Shown one piece after another: positions 1 through 9,399 of a DNA stretch of 64,000 nucleotides. The position numbers were made by a program, and so were the translations under genes. Origin of the DNA: Actinomycetota bacterium. GTDB taxonomy: Bacteria; Actinomycetota; Coriobacteriia; Anaerosomatales; PHET01. The stretch lies in assembly GCA_029265315.1 (NCBI GenBank), contig JAJUJM010000001.1, positions 179,463-243,462 on the forward strand. Reading direction: 5' to 3'. Numbering within the stretch: the first letter of the stretch is position 1; every line of letters starts with the position of its first letter. The notes beneath the pieces were generated by a model. That model did no database searches. It had not been told where the DNA came from and saw nothing but the letters and a program-made list of their open reading frames with translations.

Positions 1-1
1 G

Positions 2-925
2 AGCGCTCGATTCACCACGGCGAATGGACGCGTGAGCATCATCCCGTCGCAGGAGGGCATAGGGCCGGACCTGGATGCCTTGGCAGCCGACCTGACCGCG
101 AGGCTGCAGGACGTGTCAGCTCGCCGCGCGGTGGAGCTGCGGACCACGAAGGCGGAGCCCGAGCTCACCACCGCCGAAGCCGAGGCGATGGGCATCAAAG
201 AGCGGATCTCCCGCTTCACCACCACGTACGACCCGGGCAATCAGTCTCGCGTGAACAACATCCACCTCTTGGGTGACGCTCTGGACGGGAAGCTGATCCC
301 GCCCAGCGGGACATTCTCGTTCAACGGCGCCGTCGGGGAGCGGACCGCTGCCAAGGGCTATCAAGAGGCCAACGCCATCGTGAACGGCAAGCTCGTGCCT
401 CAACTCGGCGGAGGCATCTGTCAGGTGGGAACGACCCTGTTCAACGCCGTGTTCGAGTCGGGGCTGCCCGTCGTGGAACGACGCAACCACTCCTTCTACA
501 TCTCGCACTATCCAGATGGGCGCGATGCGACGGTGTCCTGGGGTGGGCCTGATCTGAAGTTCAAGAACGATACGGAGCACTGGGTGCTGATCTCAGTGAG
601 CTACACGAGTTCGTCCATCACGATCGCGTTGTACGGGACGGACCCCGGCTATGATGTGAAAGCCGAGAAAGGGCCATGGACCGACTTTCGTGACTACCCT
701 GTTGAAGAAGTCAAAGACCCGACGATGCCCAAAGGCAAGAGAATCGTCGAGGACAAAGGGATCAGAGGGCGTAGAATCACGGTCACACGCACGGTCTATC
801 GCAATGGCGAAGTGGTGCGCACCGATCGCTTCGTCTCCGTGTACAAGCCGAAAGTGGAAGTGGTGAGGGTAGGCACCAGGCCGGCGGAGCAGTCATCCGA
901 GCCGACGCCCACGGCGCGACCGTAG
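2..925 (+). CDS. VanW domain protein, 5' end truncated by the window edge
   Basis: The frame is open to position 2. VanW-type core GGGICQVGTTLFNAVFESGLPVVERRNHSFYI is present. The C-terminal region is G5-like (VEVVRVGT). Confidence 0.8.
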   Translation, partial: SARFTTANGRVSIIPSQEGIGPDLDALAADLTARLQDVSARRAVELRTTKAEPELTTAEAEAMGIKERISRFTTTYDPGNQSRVNNIHLLGDALDGKLIPPSGTFSFNGAVGERTAAKGYQEANAIVNGKLVPQLGGGICQVGTTLFNAVFESGLPVVERRNHSFYISHYPDGRDATVSWGGPDLKFKNDTEHWVLISVSYTSSSITIALYGTDPGYDVKAEKGPWTDFRDYPVEEVKDPTMPKGKRIVEDKGIRGRRITVTRTVYRNGEVVRTDRFVSVYKPKVEVVRVGTRPAEQSSEPTPTARP

Positions 926-987
926 GGTCCGGCCACGGTCGGTCCGGGACCGGCTCGGCGCGCCGCGTGACCGAAAGGGGGAGGGAC

Positions 988-2292
988 GTGTATCAGCCTG
1001 AATTCGAGGCCATGCCGCGCGCGCAGCTCGAGGAGCTTCAGCTGCGGCGCCTGAAAGACCTGTTGGTCCGCGTGAACGACGCCGTTCCGACGTATAGGGA
1101 GAAGTTCGCGGCAGCCGGTTTCGACCCTGGCTCCCTGACTTCCCTCGACGACCTGTCCCGGGTCCCGTTCACCGTGAAGGACGACCTTCGCGCGGCGTAT
1201 CCCTACGGGATGTTCGCAGCCCCGCTGCGCGACATCGTACGCGTGCACTCATCGAGTGGAACGACCGGTCAGGTGACGGTGGTCGGCTACACCAGAGGAG
1301 ACATCGACCGCTGGTCCGATCTCATGGCCAGGACGTTCGCGTGCGCAGGGGTCACCGCGGACGACACCGTGCAGGTCACGTACGGCTACGGGTTGTTCAC
1401 CGGAGGTCTGGGGGCGCACTATGGCTCCGAGCGCCTGGGCGCACTCACGGTGCCCGTCTCCGGTGGCAACACGAAACGGCAGGTCCAGATACTCAAGGAC
1501 TTCGGGGTGACGGTGTTGGCGTGCACGCCGAGCTACGCTCTGCTCATCGCGGAGACGGCGCGCGAGATGGGCGTCGACCCGCGTGCGCTCCCAGTGCGTG
1601 TCGGGGTGTTCGGCGCGGAGCCGTGGAGTGAACAGATGCGTCGCCAGATCGAGGACGAGCTGGGTCTGACCGCCATCGACATCTACGGCCTGTCAGAGGT
1701 GATGGGCCCCGGCGTCGCAAGCGAATGTGTCCACCAGTGCGGGCTTCATGTCTTCGAGGACCACTTCCTCGTCGAGATCGTCGACACCGAGACGCTCGAG
1801 CCGTTGCCTGATGGCGAGGTGGGCGAGGTGGTCTTCACCACGCTCACCAAGGAAGGCATACCGGTCATCAGGTACCGTACACGCGACATCAGCCGTATCA
1901 TCCCGGAGCCTTGCGCGTGCGGGCGGACGTTCCGGAGGATCGAGCGGGTGACCGGTCGTAGCGATGACATGCTCATCATCCGCGGGGTGAACGTGTACCC
2001 CAGCCAGATCGAGCAGGTGCTCATGGGTGTGCCCATGGTGGCACCTCACTACCAGGTGGTCCTCACGAAGAAAGGGTCGATGGACCACGTGGAGGTACAC
2101 GTCGAGGTCGCCCCTGATTTCAACTTCGACGAGATTCGCGAGATAGAAGCGCTTCAGCGCAAGGTGAAGGCCGAGATCGAGTCGGCGCTGGCCGTATCGA
2201 TCGCCGTCAAGCTCGTGGAGCCGAAGTCGATCGCACGCTCAGAAGGAAAAGCCAAGCGCGTCGTCGATCTTCGAACCGAGGGGGGTGCGTGA
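988..2292 (+). CDS. Phenylacetate-CoA ligase family (PaaK-like) adenylate-forming enzyme, copy 1
   Basis: Contains VHSSSGTTGQ (AMP-binding P-loop), YGLSEVMGPG and SDDMLIIRGVNVYPSQIE. The GTG at 988 follows agggggaggg and aligns with the N-terminus of the paralog at 23893. The ORF track starts at 967. Confidence 0.85.
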   Translation: MYQPEFEAMPRAQLEELQLRRLKDLLVRVNDAVPTYREKFAAAGFDPGSLTSLDDLSRVPFTVKDDLRAAYPYGMFAAPLRDIVRVHSSSGTTGQVTVVGYTRGDIDRWSDLMARTFACAGVTADDTVQVTYGYGLFTGGLGAHYGSERLGALTVPVSGGNTKRQVQILKDFGVTVLACTPSYALLIAETAREMGVDPRALPVRVGVFGAEPWSEQMRRQIEDELGLTAIDIYGLSEVMGPGVASECVHQCGLHVFEDHFLVEIVDTETLEPLPDGEVGEVVFTTLTKEGIPVIRYRTRDISRIIPEPCACGRTFRRIERVTGRSDDMLIIRGVNVYPSQIEQVLMGVPMVAPHYQVVLTKKGSMDHVEVHVEVAPDFNFDEIREIEALQRKVKAEIESALAVSIAVKLVEPKSIARSEGKAKRVVDLRTEGGA

Positions 2293-2294
2293 GG

Positions 2295-2720
2295 ATGGTC
2301 GAACAGGTGAGTGTGTTTCTGGAGAACACGTCGGGGCGGCTCGCTGAGCTGACGAGGGTCCTCGGGAACGCCGGGATCAACATGCACGCCCTGATGGTGG
2401 CTGATACAAGCGAGTTCGGCGTCGTCCGCATCATCTGCGACTCGCCGTCCAAGGCCAAAGCGGTGCTCGACGAGGCGGGCTTCGGCGCTTCGATCGCCAA
2501 TGTGCTCGCGGTCGAGGTTCCTGACAGGCCGGGCGGGCTTGCTGATCTGCTCGAGACCCTTGGCGATGAGGGGATGAACGTCGAGTACGCCTACTGTTTC
2601 GTGCGCCCGCAGGGGTCTTCGGCCGTTGACGTGTTCCGCGTCGACGACGAACGTGCGTCGTCGGTGCTTCAGGCGGCCGGATTCCGCGTGCTTGGCGCGA
2701 GTGAACTCTATTCGTCCTGA
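2295..2720 (+). CDS. Stand-alone tandem ACT-domain protein
   Basis: VSVFLENTSGRLAELTRVLGNAGINMHAL aligns with the paralog at 17510. It overlaps the stop of the upstream ligase. The start could be 2289 or 2295. Confidence 0.8.
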   Translation: MVEQVSVFLENTSGRLAELTRVLGNAGINMHALMVADTSEFGVVRIICDSPSKAKAVLDEAGFGASIANVLAVEVPDRPGGLADLLETLGDEGMNVEYAYCFVRPQGSSAVDVFRVDDERASSVLQAAGFRVLGASELYSS

Positions 2721-3514
2721 GCTGCGGCCTGTTCGGAGTCGAGCTCGGAGAGCAGGGTTCGGAGGGAGTCGGCGTCTTCAGGCGCGCTCAACACCTGCCA
2801 CGTCACCGAGCGGTCCTGGGCGCCCAGCTTGGTGCGGGACAGCGAGCCCAGTCGTTCACCGACGACCTCGCCACCGGCCCGCGGCGTGTGCGGCAGCAGC
2901 ACGAGGAACCGTCCGTCGCGGAGTCGTGAGACCTCGTCGACCATCCGCAGGTCTGACCGGATGTGGTCGGCCAGGCCGCGGATGACCGTGCGCTGGCGTG
3001 CGGCGGTGAAACCGGCGAAGAGCGACTGCGAGAGCGTGATCAGCACGACCGAGAAGGGCTCGCCATAGCGATCGGCACGGCCCAGCGCCTGTTCCAGGGT
3101 CCGCACGGCGTGACGCTCGTTGAACACGCGACTCCAGTCGTCGATGGCACTGTGCTGCTCAAGGTCTGTCAGCAGGTACTTGGCGCGCGTGGCGGCTTCG
3201 CCGCCTACGACGCCGAACAGGCCGAAGGCGACGATGCGGGTGGTGATCATGAGCAGGGCCTCGAGTGACGGGGTCCCAGTCTGGAGTGTCGGCATACGCA
3301 TGAGAACGTAGACGGCGGCTGCGATGACGGCTGCGACCAGGCCGCCACGGCGCCCGTAGCGGACCACCGCGAACAGAATCACCACCAGCATCAGTTGTGC
3401 GACGAGCTCGACGGTCTCGGGGGACCCGCCCGTCGGCACCGCGATCAGCAGAGAACCGATGATCGCGCCGGCGCCGAGGATGAGGGCCAACGCTTCGAAG
3501 CGGCTGAGTCTCAT
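2708..3514 (-). CDS. Membrane protein with a degenerate GGDEF-like domain
   Basis: About 4 N-terminal TM helices. The C-terminal domain has a GGDEF-like layout (FSVVLITL ... RLRDGRFLVLLPHT), with RDGRF in place of GGDEF. Confidence 0.6.
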   Translation of the reverse strand: MRLSRFEALALILGAGAIIGSLLIAVPTGGSPETVELVAQLMLVVILFAVVRYGRRGGLVAAVIAAAVYVLMRMPTLQTGTPSLEALLMITTRIVAFGLFGVVGGEAATRAKYLLTDLEQHSAIDDWSRVFNERHAVRTLEQALGRADRYGEPFSVVLITLSQSLFAGFTAARQRTVIRGLADHIRSDLRMVDEVSRLRDGRFLVLLPHTPRAGGEVVGERLGSLSRTKLGAQDRSVTWQVLSAPEDADSLRTLLSELDSEQAAAQDE

Positions 3515-3665
3515 GTCCCTTCCGTCCTTCCAGGCATACTGTCACCTCTTGCAGTATCGCAACAGTTCGTCACGAGTGCGAGTGTCCGGTCATGCTCGAT
3601 GGCATACTCTGTGATCGAACTTCGCGTCCTGCGTCGTCGTGCATCGCTCACGAGAGGTCCAGCCG

Positions 3666-5036
3666 ATGCCAATGAGCTCAACGTCGACCATCCGTCGTCG
3701 TCCGCCGCGTTCGTGGGCGGTCGGCTGCCTTATGGTGCTGGCGCTGTCGATCCTTGCTCTCGAAAGCCCCTCGTCCGCGGCGGCACAGGTCCTCGACTCG
3801 GACAGGGTCGACGGCCGGTCATGGAGGGAGCTCGGCATACCACGGGCCGGGATGCCGGATGTGACGATGGCCGCTGGCGCCCTCGTGACATCGGACGGGA
3901 GGGTGCTCTGGCAGCGTCGAGGCGCCGACCGTCGCGCGATAGCCAGTATCACCAAGATCATGACGGCGGTCGTCGCGATGGAGAACTCGCAACCGGACGA
4001 TGTGCTCACCGTACCCAACGCATCCATTCGCGTGGGCGAGTCGACCTCGTTTCTGCGGGCAGGCGAACGTCTGCCGGTGTCTGAGGTCCTGGAGGCACTA
4101 CTCGTGAAGTCCGGAAATGACGCCGCCGTCGCCCTCGCGCGCCACGTCTCGGGCAGCGAGGACGACTTCGTCCAGATGATGAACGACAAAGCCGAGGAGC
4201 TGGGCCTCACACGGACCAGCTTCTCGAACCCACACGGTCTTGACGAACCCGGCAATTACTCCACGGCCACAGATGTCGCCGTCATGGCTCGGTATGCGAT
4301 GACGAAACCCCTGTTCCGTCGGATCGTGGCACAGAAGACGGCGATGATCGGCACGGGAGCTCGGGCCGAGCGTATCATGAGCACGAACCTGCTGATCGGC
4401 AACTATATGGGCGCCAATGGCGTCAAGACCGGCTGGACCGACGATGCGGGGTACTGTGTCGTCGCGTCTGCCCAGCGTGATGGAGTGGAGCTTTTCGCGG
4501 TCGTGCTGGGAACCACGACCGAGCTCCGACGCTTCCGCGATGCCCGTGAGCTTCTCGACTTCGGTTTCGCTCATTACCGCCCTCAGCGTATCGCGTCGGC
4601 AGGTACCGTCATCGGAGAGGCGCCGGTCGCCGACTACCTCGACGTCACCGCTCCAGCGGCTGTCTCGCAGGATGTGACCGTGACGGTGTTCGATCTGGCG
4701 GGAGTGATCGAACGTGAGGTCATCGTCCCGCCGATCGCCGCTCCCGTGAAAGTCGGGGATAGACTCGGTGTGGCGAGTTTCGTCCAAGGCGATGAGGTCA
4801 TCGCGACGATTCCGCTGGTCGCCGTCGTCGCCGTCGAGAAACCGGGTCTTGTTGAGAGGATCTGGATCGCCATCGTCCGGGCTTGGCGGGCGGCCACGGG
4901 AGCGGACGATGTGGGGCGGGACCGGGCCGTCTCGTCGAATGCGTCAGGGCGATCAGTTGGTCTGAGGGCGCCTTCGAGGCGCGACATGACGGGTGCGTTC
5001 ACGGGTCGGAAGAGACTGGCATGGGAGATGACATGA
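3666..5036 (+). CDS. D-alanyl-D-alanine carboxypeptidase (serine type, PBP5/S11 family)
   Basis: Signal/TM segment, SITK (SxxK), SGND (SxN) and KTGWT (KTG) motifs. The ATG at 3666 follows gagagg. The ORF track starts at 3639. Confidence 0.85.
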   Translation: MPMSSTSTIRRRPPRSWAVGCLMVLALSILALESPSSAAAQVLDSDRVDGRSWRELGIPRAGMPDVTMAAGALVTSDGRVLWQRRGADRRAIASITKIMTAVVAMENSQPDDVLTVPNASIRVGESTSFLRAGERLPVSEVLEALLVKSGNDAAVALARHVSGSEDDFVQMMNDKAEELGLTRTSFSNPHGLDEPGNYSTATDVAVMARYAMTKPLFRRIVAQKTAMIGTGARAERIMSTNLLIGNYMGANGVKTGWTDDAGYCVVASAQRDGVELFAVVLGTTTELRRFRDARELLDFGFAHYRPQRIASAGTVIGEAPVADYLDVTAPAAVSQDVTVTVFDLAGVIEREVIVPPIAAPVKVGDRLGVASFVQGDEVIATIPLVAVVAVEKPGLVERIWIAIVRAWRAATGADDVGRDRAVSSNASGRSVGLRAPSRRDMTGAFTGRKRLAWEMT

Positions 5037-6142
5037 CCGATGTTGCTGGGTTGAAGCGTACTGCGCTCTACGAGGAACACATCGCCTTGGGCGCCCGGAT
5101 GGTTCCGTTCGCCGGGTACGAGATGCCGGTTCACTATACCGGGATCATCGACGAGCATCGCGCCGTTCGCGAGCGGGCCGGCATCTTCGATGTGTCACAC
5201 ATGGCCGAGTTCCGCGTGTTCGGGTTCGGAGCGTTCGACTTCCTCCAGCGCGCGCTGTCCAACGACCTCGGCCGTATCGCTGGCATAGGGCAGGCCCAGT
5301 ACACACTGCTGCTCGACGAGGACGGAGGCATCATCGACGACCTCATCGTGTACCACTCCGGTGATCTCGAGTATCTCATCATCGCGAATGCGGCCAATCG
5401 AGAGACCGACTTCACGTGGCTGTCGGATCAGGCCCCCGATGATCTGGAGCTCGTCGACGAATCGGACCGCACCGCACTCATCGCCGTCCAGGGGCCTTGT
5501 GCGCTGGACGTGATCAGGGAGCTGGCCGATGAGGGCTGGGAGCCCCCGGTGCGTTTCACGCTGGGCGAAGCACGGCTGGGTGGAGCGGTCCCGTGCCTCG
5601 TCGCTCGAACGGGATACACCGGCGAGGACGGCGTTGAGATCATCTGTCGGGTGGCTGACGCACCCGTCGTCTGGAGACTGCTGTTGTCATTTCCCGAGGT
5701 CACTCCCTGTGGGCTGGGAGCACGCGACACGCTGCGATTGGAGATGGGGTACCACCTGTACGGAAGCGACATGGACCGGAAGACGGACCCGATCTCGGCG
5801 GGCCTGGGGTGGGTCGTGTCCAAGGACAAAGGTGACTTCGTCGGTGGGCGTGCGGTTGCCCGAATCCGTGAGGAGGGGCCGCAGAGGAAGCTCGTCCACC
5901 TCTTGGTCGATGAGGGGATCCCGCGTCACGGGTATCCTGTGTTGCATGAGGGTGTCGAGGTGGGTAAGGTAGCGAGCGGCACGTTCTCGCCGACGCTTCA
6001 GAGGGGCATAGCCACCGCATACGTTCCCAGCGCCATGTCCGCGCCGGGCTCTCTTTTCGAGGTGGCGATCCGTTCCAAGATGTCGTCTGCGACCGTCGTC
6101 AAGCCGCCATTCGTCACGTCGACCTCGCTGTCCGGTGCCTGA
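5021..6142 (+). CDS. gcvT: Glycine cleavage system aminomethyltransferase (T protein)
   Basis: LKRTALYEEHIALGARMVPFAGYEMPVHY and GTYTGEDG-type motifs. Start is ATG 5021 or 5033. The upstream ORF extension overlaps the carboxypeptidase gene and is discounted. Confidence 0.93.
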   Translation: MGDDMTDVAGLKRTALYEEHIALGARMVPFAGYEMPVHYTGIIDEHRAVRERAGIFDVSHMAEFRVFGFGAFDFLQRALSNDLGRIAGIGQAQYTLLLDEDGGIIDDLIVYHSGDLEYLIIANAANRETDFTWLSDQAPDDLELVDESDRTALIAVQGPCALDVIRELADEGWEPPVRFTLGEARLGGAVPCLVARTGYTGEDGVEIICRVADAPVVWRLLLSFPEVTPCGLGARDTLRLEMGYHLYGSDMDRKTDPISAGLGWVVSKDKGDFVGGRAVARIREEGPQRKLVHLLVDEGIPRHGYPVLHEGVEVGKVASGTFSPTLQRGIATAYVPSAMSAPGSLFEVAIRSKMSSATVVKPPFVTSTSLSGA

Positions 6143-6180
6143 GTGCTCCGTCCAGCACGATACTGAAGGGAGAACGCTTC

Positions 6181-6564
6181 ATGGCACACCCGAACGATCG
6201 AGTGTATTCGGAGGAGCACGAGTGGGTCGTCGCCGAGGGTGACACCGCGATCATCGGCATCTCGCACTTCGCGCAGGACCAGCTGGGTGAGGTGGTCTAT
6301 GTGGACCTTCCTTCCGTGGGCGACGAGGTCATAGCTGGGGAGACCTTCGGCGAGATCGAGTCGGTCAAGTCGGTCTCAGAGCTCTATTCGCCGGTTTCCG
6401 GCGAGATCGTCGAGGTCAACGAGGCCTTGGGGGACTCCCCTGAGACAGTCAACGCCGACCCGCATGGCGAAGGCTGGATGATCAAGGTCAAGATGGAGGA
6501 CGCATCGCAGGTCGATGGGCTCATGAGCGCCGAGGAGTACGACGAGTTCGTGGCGCAGGGCTGA
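6181..6564 (+). CDS. gcvH: Glycine cleavage system H protein
   Basis: Lipoyl-lysine context GEIESVKSVSELYSPVSGEIVEVN. RBS gaagggag lies upstream. Confidence 0.95.
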   Translation: MAHPNDRVYSEEHEWVVAEGDTAIIGISHFAQDQLGEVVYVDLPSVGDEVIAGETFGEIESVKSVSELYSPVSGEIVEVNEALGDSPETVNADPHGEGWMIKVKMEDASQVDGLMSAEEYDEFVAQG

Positions 6565-6571
6565 CGCACGT

Positions 6572-7903
6572 ATGCGCTACATACCTGTCACCTGCGAGCA
6601 ACGAGAGCGCATGCTCGCGCGCGTGGGCGTCGAGGCCGTTGACGAGCTGTTCGCCGACGTCCCTGAGCAGGTCCGCTTCATGGGGGCGCTCGGTCTTCCA
6701 GGGCCGATGTCTGAGGTGGACCTCGTTCGCCACCTGCGCGATCTGTCGGCAGCGAACGTGCCCGCCACACAGCTGGTGTCCTTCGCCGGCGCGGGGATCT
6801 ACGACCACCACGTGCCCAGTGTCGTCGACCACATCCTGAGGCGCCCGGAGTTCTTCACCGCATACACGCCGTACCAGCCGGAAGTCAGCCAGGGGACGTT
6901 GCAGGCCATCTACGAGTACCAGACGATGATCTGCGAACTCACAGGGATGGATGCGTCCAACGCGAGCATGTATGACGGGGCCACGGCTTTCGTGGAAGCT
7001 GCGCTCATGGCGTGCCGAGTGCTGCGTCGTTCGAGCGTCGTCGTCGCCGGGACGGCGCATCCCGAATGGCTGGAGACACTCGAGACGTATGCGGCGTCAG
7101 GACTCGTCGAGGTCAGGGTCGAGGAGAGCCATGACGGCGTGTGCGACCCTGAGAGGATGCGCGCCCTGTGCGACGAGACCACGGCGGCACTCCTCGTGTC
7201 CTCGCCGAACTTCTTTGGCAACCTCGAGGACCTGGCAGGTCTGGGGGCGGTCGCTCGCGAGGCCGGGGCGCTGTTCGTCGTGGCGGCGAATCCCATCATG
7301 CTCGGTGTCATGGCCCCACCCGCGGACTTCGGGGCCGACATCGTCGTGGGCGAAGGACAACCGCTCGGGGGGTCGATGAGCTTCGGGGGTCCGGGGCTGG
7401 GGTTCTTCGCGTGCCGTGAAGCGCACATCCGTCAGATGCCGGGCAGACTCGTCGGACGCACGGTCGACGCGGACGGCAATGATGCGTTCGTTCTCACGCT
7501 CTCCACGCGCGAGCAACACATCCGACGCGAGAAGGCCACTTCCAACATCTGCAGCAACCATGCCCTCAATGCGCTTGCGGCGGGAGCGTATCTGGCGGCC
7601 GTCGGCGCCGAAGGCATGATCGGCATCGCACGTGCCTGCGTGGCGAAGGCGCACTACCTTCGCGACGCCCTGTTGGCCACGGGACGCTTCAAGGCCCCGT
7701 GGAACCATCCATTCGCCCACGAATTCGCGCTCGTCTACGAAGGTGACGCGTCACAGATGCACGACGAGATGCTCTCCAGAGGTTACCTGGCCGGCGTGCT
7801 TCTCGAGGCGCCTGACGGGCGGGACCTGGTGCTCTTCGCAGTGACCGAGAAGCGTACGCGCAGCGAGATCGACGCATTCGTCGAGGAGGTGGCGTCGCTG
7901 TGA
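6572..7903 (+). CDS. gcvPA: Glycine dehydrogenase (aminomethyl-transferring) subunit 1
   Basis: MRYIPVT...FFTAYTPYQPEVSQGTLQAIYEYQTMICELTGMD is typical of the split P-protein alpha subunit. Confidence 0.95.
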   Translation: MRYIPVTCEQRERMLARVGVEAVDELFADVPEQVRFMGALGLPGPMSEVDLVRHLRDLSAANVPATQLVSFAGAGIYDHHVPSVVDHILRRPEFFTAYTPYQPEVSQGTLQAIYEYQTMICELTGMDASNASMYDGATAFVEAALMACRVLRRSSVVVAGTAHPEWLETLETYAASGLVEVRVEESHDGVCDPERMRALCDETTAALLVSSPNFFGNLEDLAGLGAVAREAGALFVVAANPIMLGVMAPPADFGADIVVGEGQPLGGSMSFGGPGLGFFACREAHIRQMPGRLVGRTVDADGNDAFVLTLSTREQHIRREKATSNICSNHALNALAAGAYLAAVGAEGMIGIARACVAKAHYLRDALLATGRFKAPWNHPFAHEFALVYEGDASQMHDEMLSRGYLAGVLLEAPDGRDLVLFAVTEKRTRSEIDAFVEEVASL

Positions 7904-9399
7904 GTGGGACCGTGCCGAACTCGCCCGCCGGTGCGCCTCCGCGAGGCCCACGCGAGACCATCTTCGAGATCGGCTCCCCGGAGTCGACCTGTGTCACAGC
8001 ACCGGACCTGGATGTTCCGGATGTCGACCTCGCGCAGGTCATGGGGGGTGCGGTCCGCACGGCGCCTCCTCGGCTGCCTCATGTGACCGAACTCGAGATC
8101 ATGCGTCACTACGCTCACCTCGCGGAGATGAACTTCGGCGTGGACTCGGGCTTCTACCCATTGGGCAGCTGCACGATGAAGTACAACCCGCGCGTGAACG
8201 AGGATACGTGCCGGCTCGAGGGTTTCACCGGATTGCATCCCTACCAGCCTGCCCAGACCGTGCAAGGCGCGCTGGAACTCATGTACGGGCTCGCTCAGGC
8301 CCTGGGTGAGATATCCGGTCTGCCCGGAGTGACCCTGCAACCAGCCGCCGGTGCCCACGGTGAGCTGACCGCGCTCATGATATTCAGGGCCGCGCACGAA
8401 TCGGCGGGGGACCCCCGAAGGAAAGTGGTCATCCCCGACACCGCTCACGGAACGAATCCGGCGACGGTGACGATGTGCGGGTATGAGACGGTGACCATCC
8501 CGAGTGACGGGAATGGCTTGGTCGACATGGACGCGCTTCGGTCCGTGCTCGATACCGATGTGGCCGCGTTCATGTTGACGAATCCGAACACGCTCGGGCT
8601 GTTCGACCCCAACATCCTCCGAATCACGGATGCGGTTCACGAGGTCGGCGCTCTGGCCTACTGTGACGGGGCGAACCTGAACGCGATCATGGGCATCTCA
8701 CGCCCCGGTGACATGGGCTTTGATGCCATGCACATCAACCTGCACAAGACGTTCTCCACGCCGCATGGCGGAGGAGGTCCGGGTGCAGGACCGGTGTGTG
8801 TGACGGAGGCGCTGTCGCGATACCTGCCGGGTCCCGTCGCCGTCTCTTTCGACGATGGCACGTTCGGCCTTGACTGGCCTGATGCATCCATCGGCCGCGT
8901 GCGGTCGTTCCATGGCAACTTCGGGGTGCTCGTTCGCGCATACACCTATCTGCGAGCCATCGGGGCAAGCGGTGTACGCGAGGCCGCCGAGCAGGCGGTG
9001 CTCTCCGCGAACTACCTCAAAGCGCGGTTGAACGGCGTGTTCGACGTCCCGTATGACCGAGGATGCATGCACGAGTTCGTCCTGTCGGGCGCACGCCTTA
9101 AACGAGAGACCGGCGTCCGTACGCTTGATGTCGCCAAACGTCTGCTCGACCACGGGTTCCATCCGCCGACCGTGTACTTCCCCCTGCTGGTGGAAGAGGC
9201 GCTCATGATCGAACCGACTGAGACCGAGCCGCTGTCCGCCCTGGACTCGTTCGCCGACGCACTCATCGCGATCGTTGACGAGGCCCGGTCGAACCCGGAC
9301 CTCGTCAGAGGCGCTCCCTACACGACACCGGTGAGGCGGCTCGACGAGGCCCGAGCGGCGCGGACACCGGACCTGCGTTGGAGACCTTCGAGCGCGTGA
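7900..9399 (+). CDS. gcvPB: Glycine dehydrogenase (aminomethyl-transferring) subunit 2
   Basis: FYPLGSCTMKYNP and INLHKTFSTPHGGGGPG (PLP-lysine region). 4-nt overlap with gcvPA. Confidence 0.95.
   Translation: MSGTVPNSPAGAPPRGPRETIFEIGSPESTCVTAPDLDVPDVDLAQVMGGAVRTAPPRLPHVTELEIMRHYAHLAEMNFGVDSGFYPLGSCTMKYNPRVNEDTCRLEGFTGLHPYQPAQTVQGALELMYGLAQALGEISGLPGVTLQPAAGAHGELTALMIFRAAHESAGDPRRKVVIPDTAHGTNPATVTMCGYETVTIPSDGNGLVDMDALRSVLDTDVAAFMLTNPNTLGLFDPNILRITDAVHEVGALAYCDGANLNAIMGISRPGDMGFDAMHINLHKTFSTPHGGGGPGAGPVCVTEALSRYLPGPVAVSFDDGTFGLDWPDASIGRVRSFHGNFGVLVRAYTYLRAIGASGVREAAEQAVLSANYLKARLNGVFDVPYDRGCMHEFVLSGARLKRETGVRTLDVAKRLLDHGFHPPTVYFPLLVEEALMIEPTETEPLSALDSFADALIAIVDEARSNPDLVRGAPYTTPVRRLDEARAARTPDLRWRPSSA

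Noticed and set aside
4850-5020. Possible glycine riboswitch upstream of gcvT
   Set aside because: This is the expected location, but the conserved cores (GGAGAG ... ACCGAAGGGGCAA ... CUCAGGCAAAAGGAC as I recall them) are not present. The region lies inside the open reading frame of the carboxypeptidase gene. An Infernal scan would settle it.
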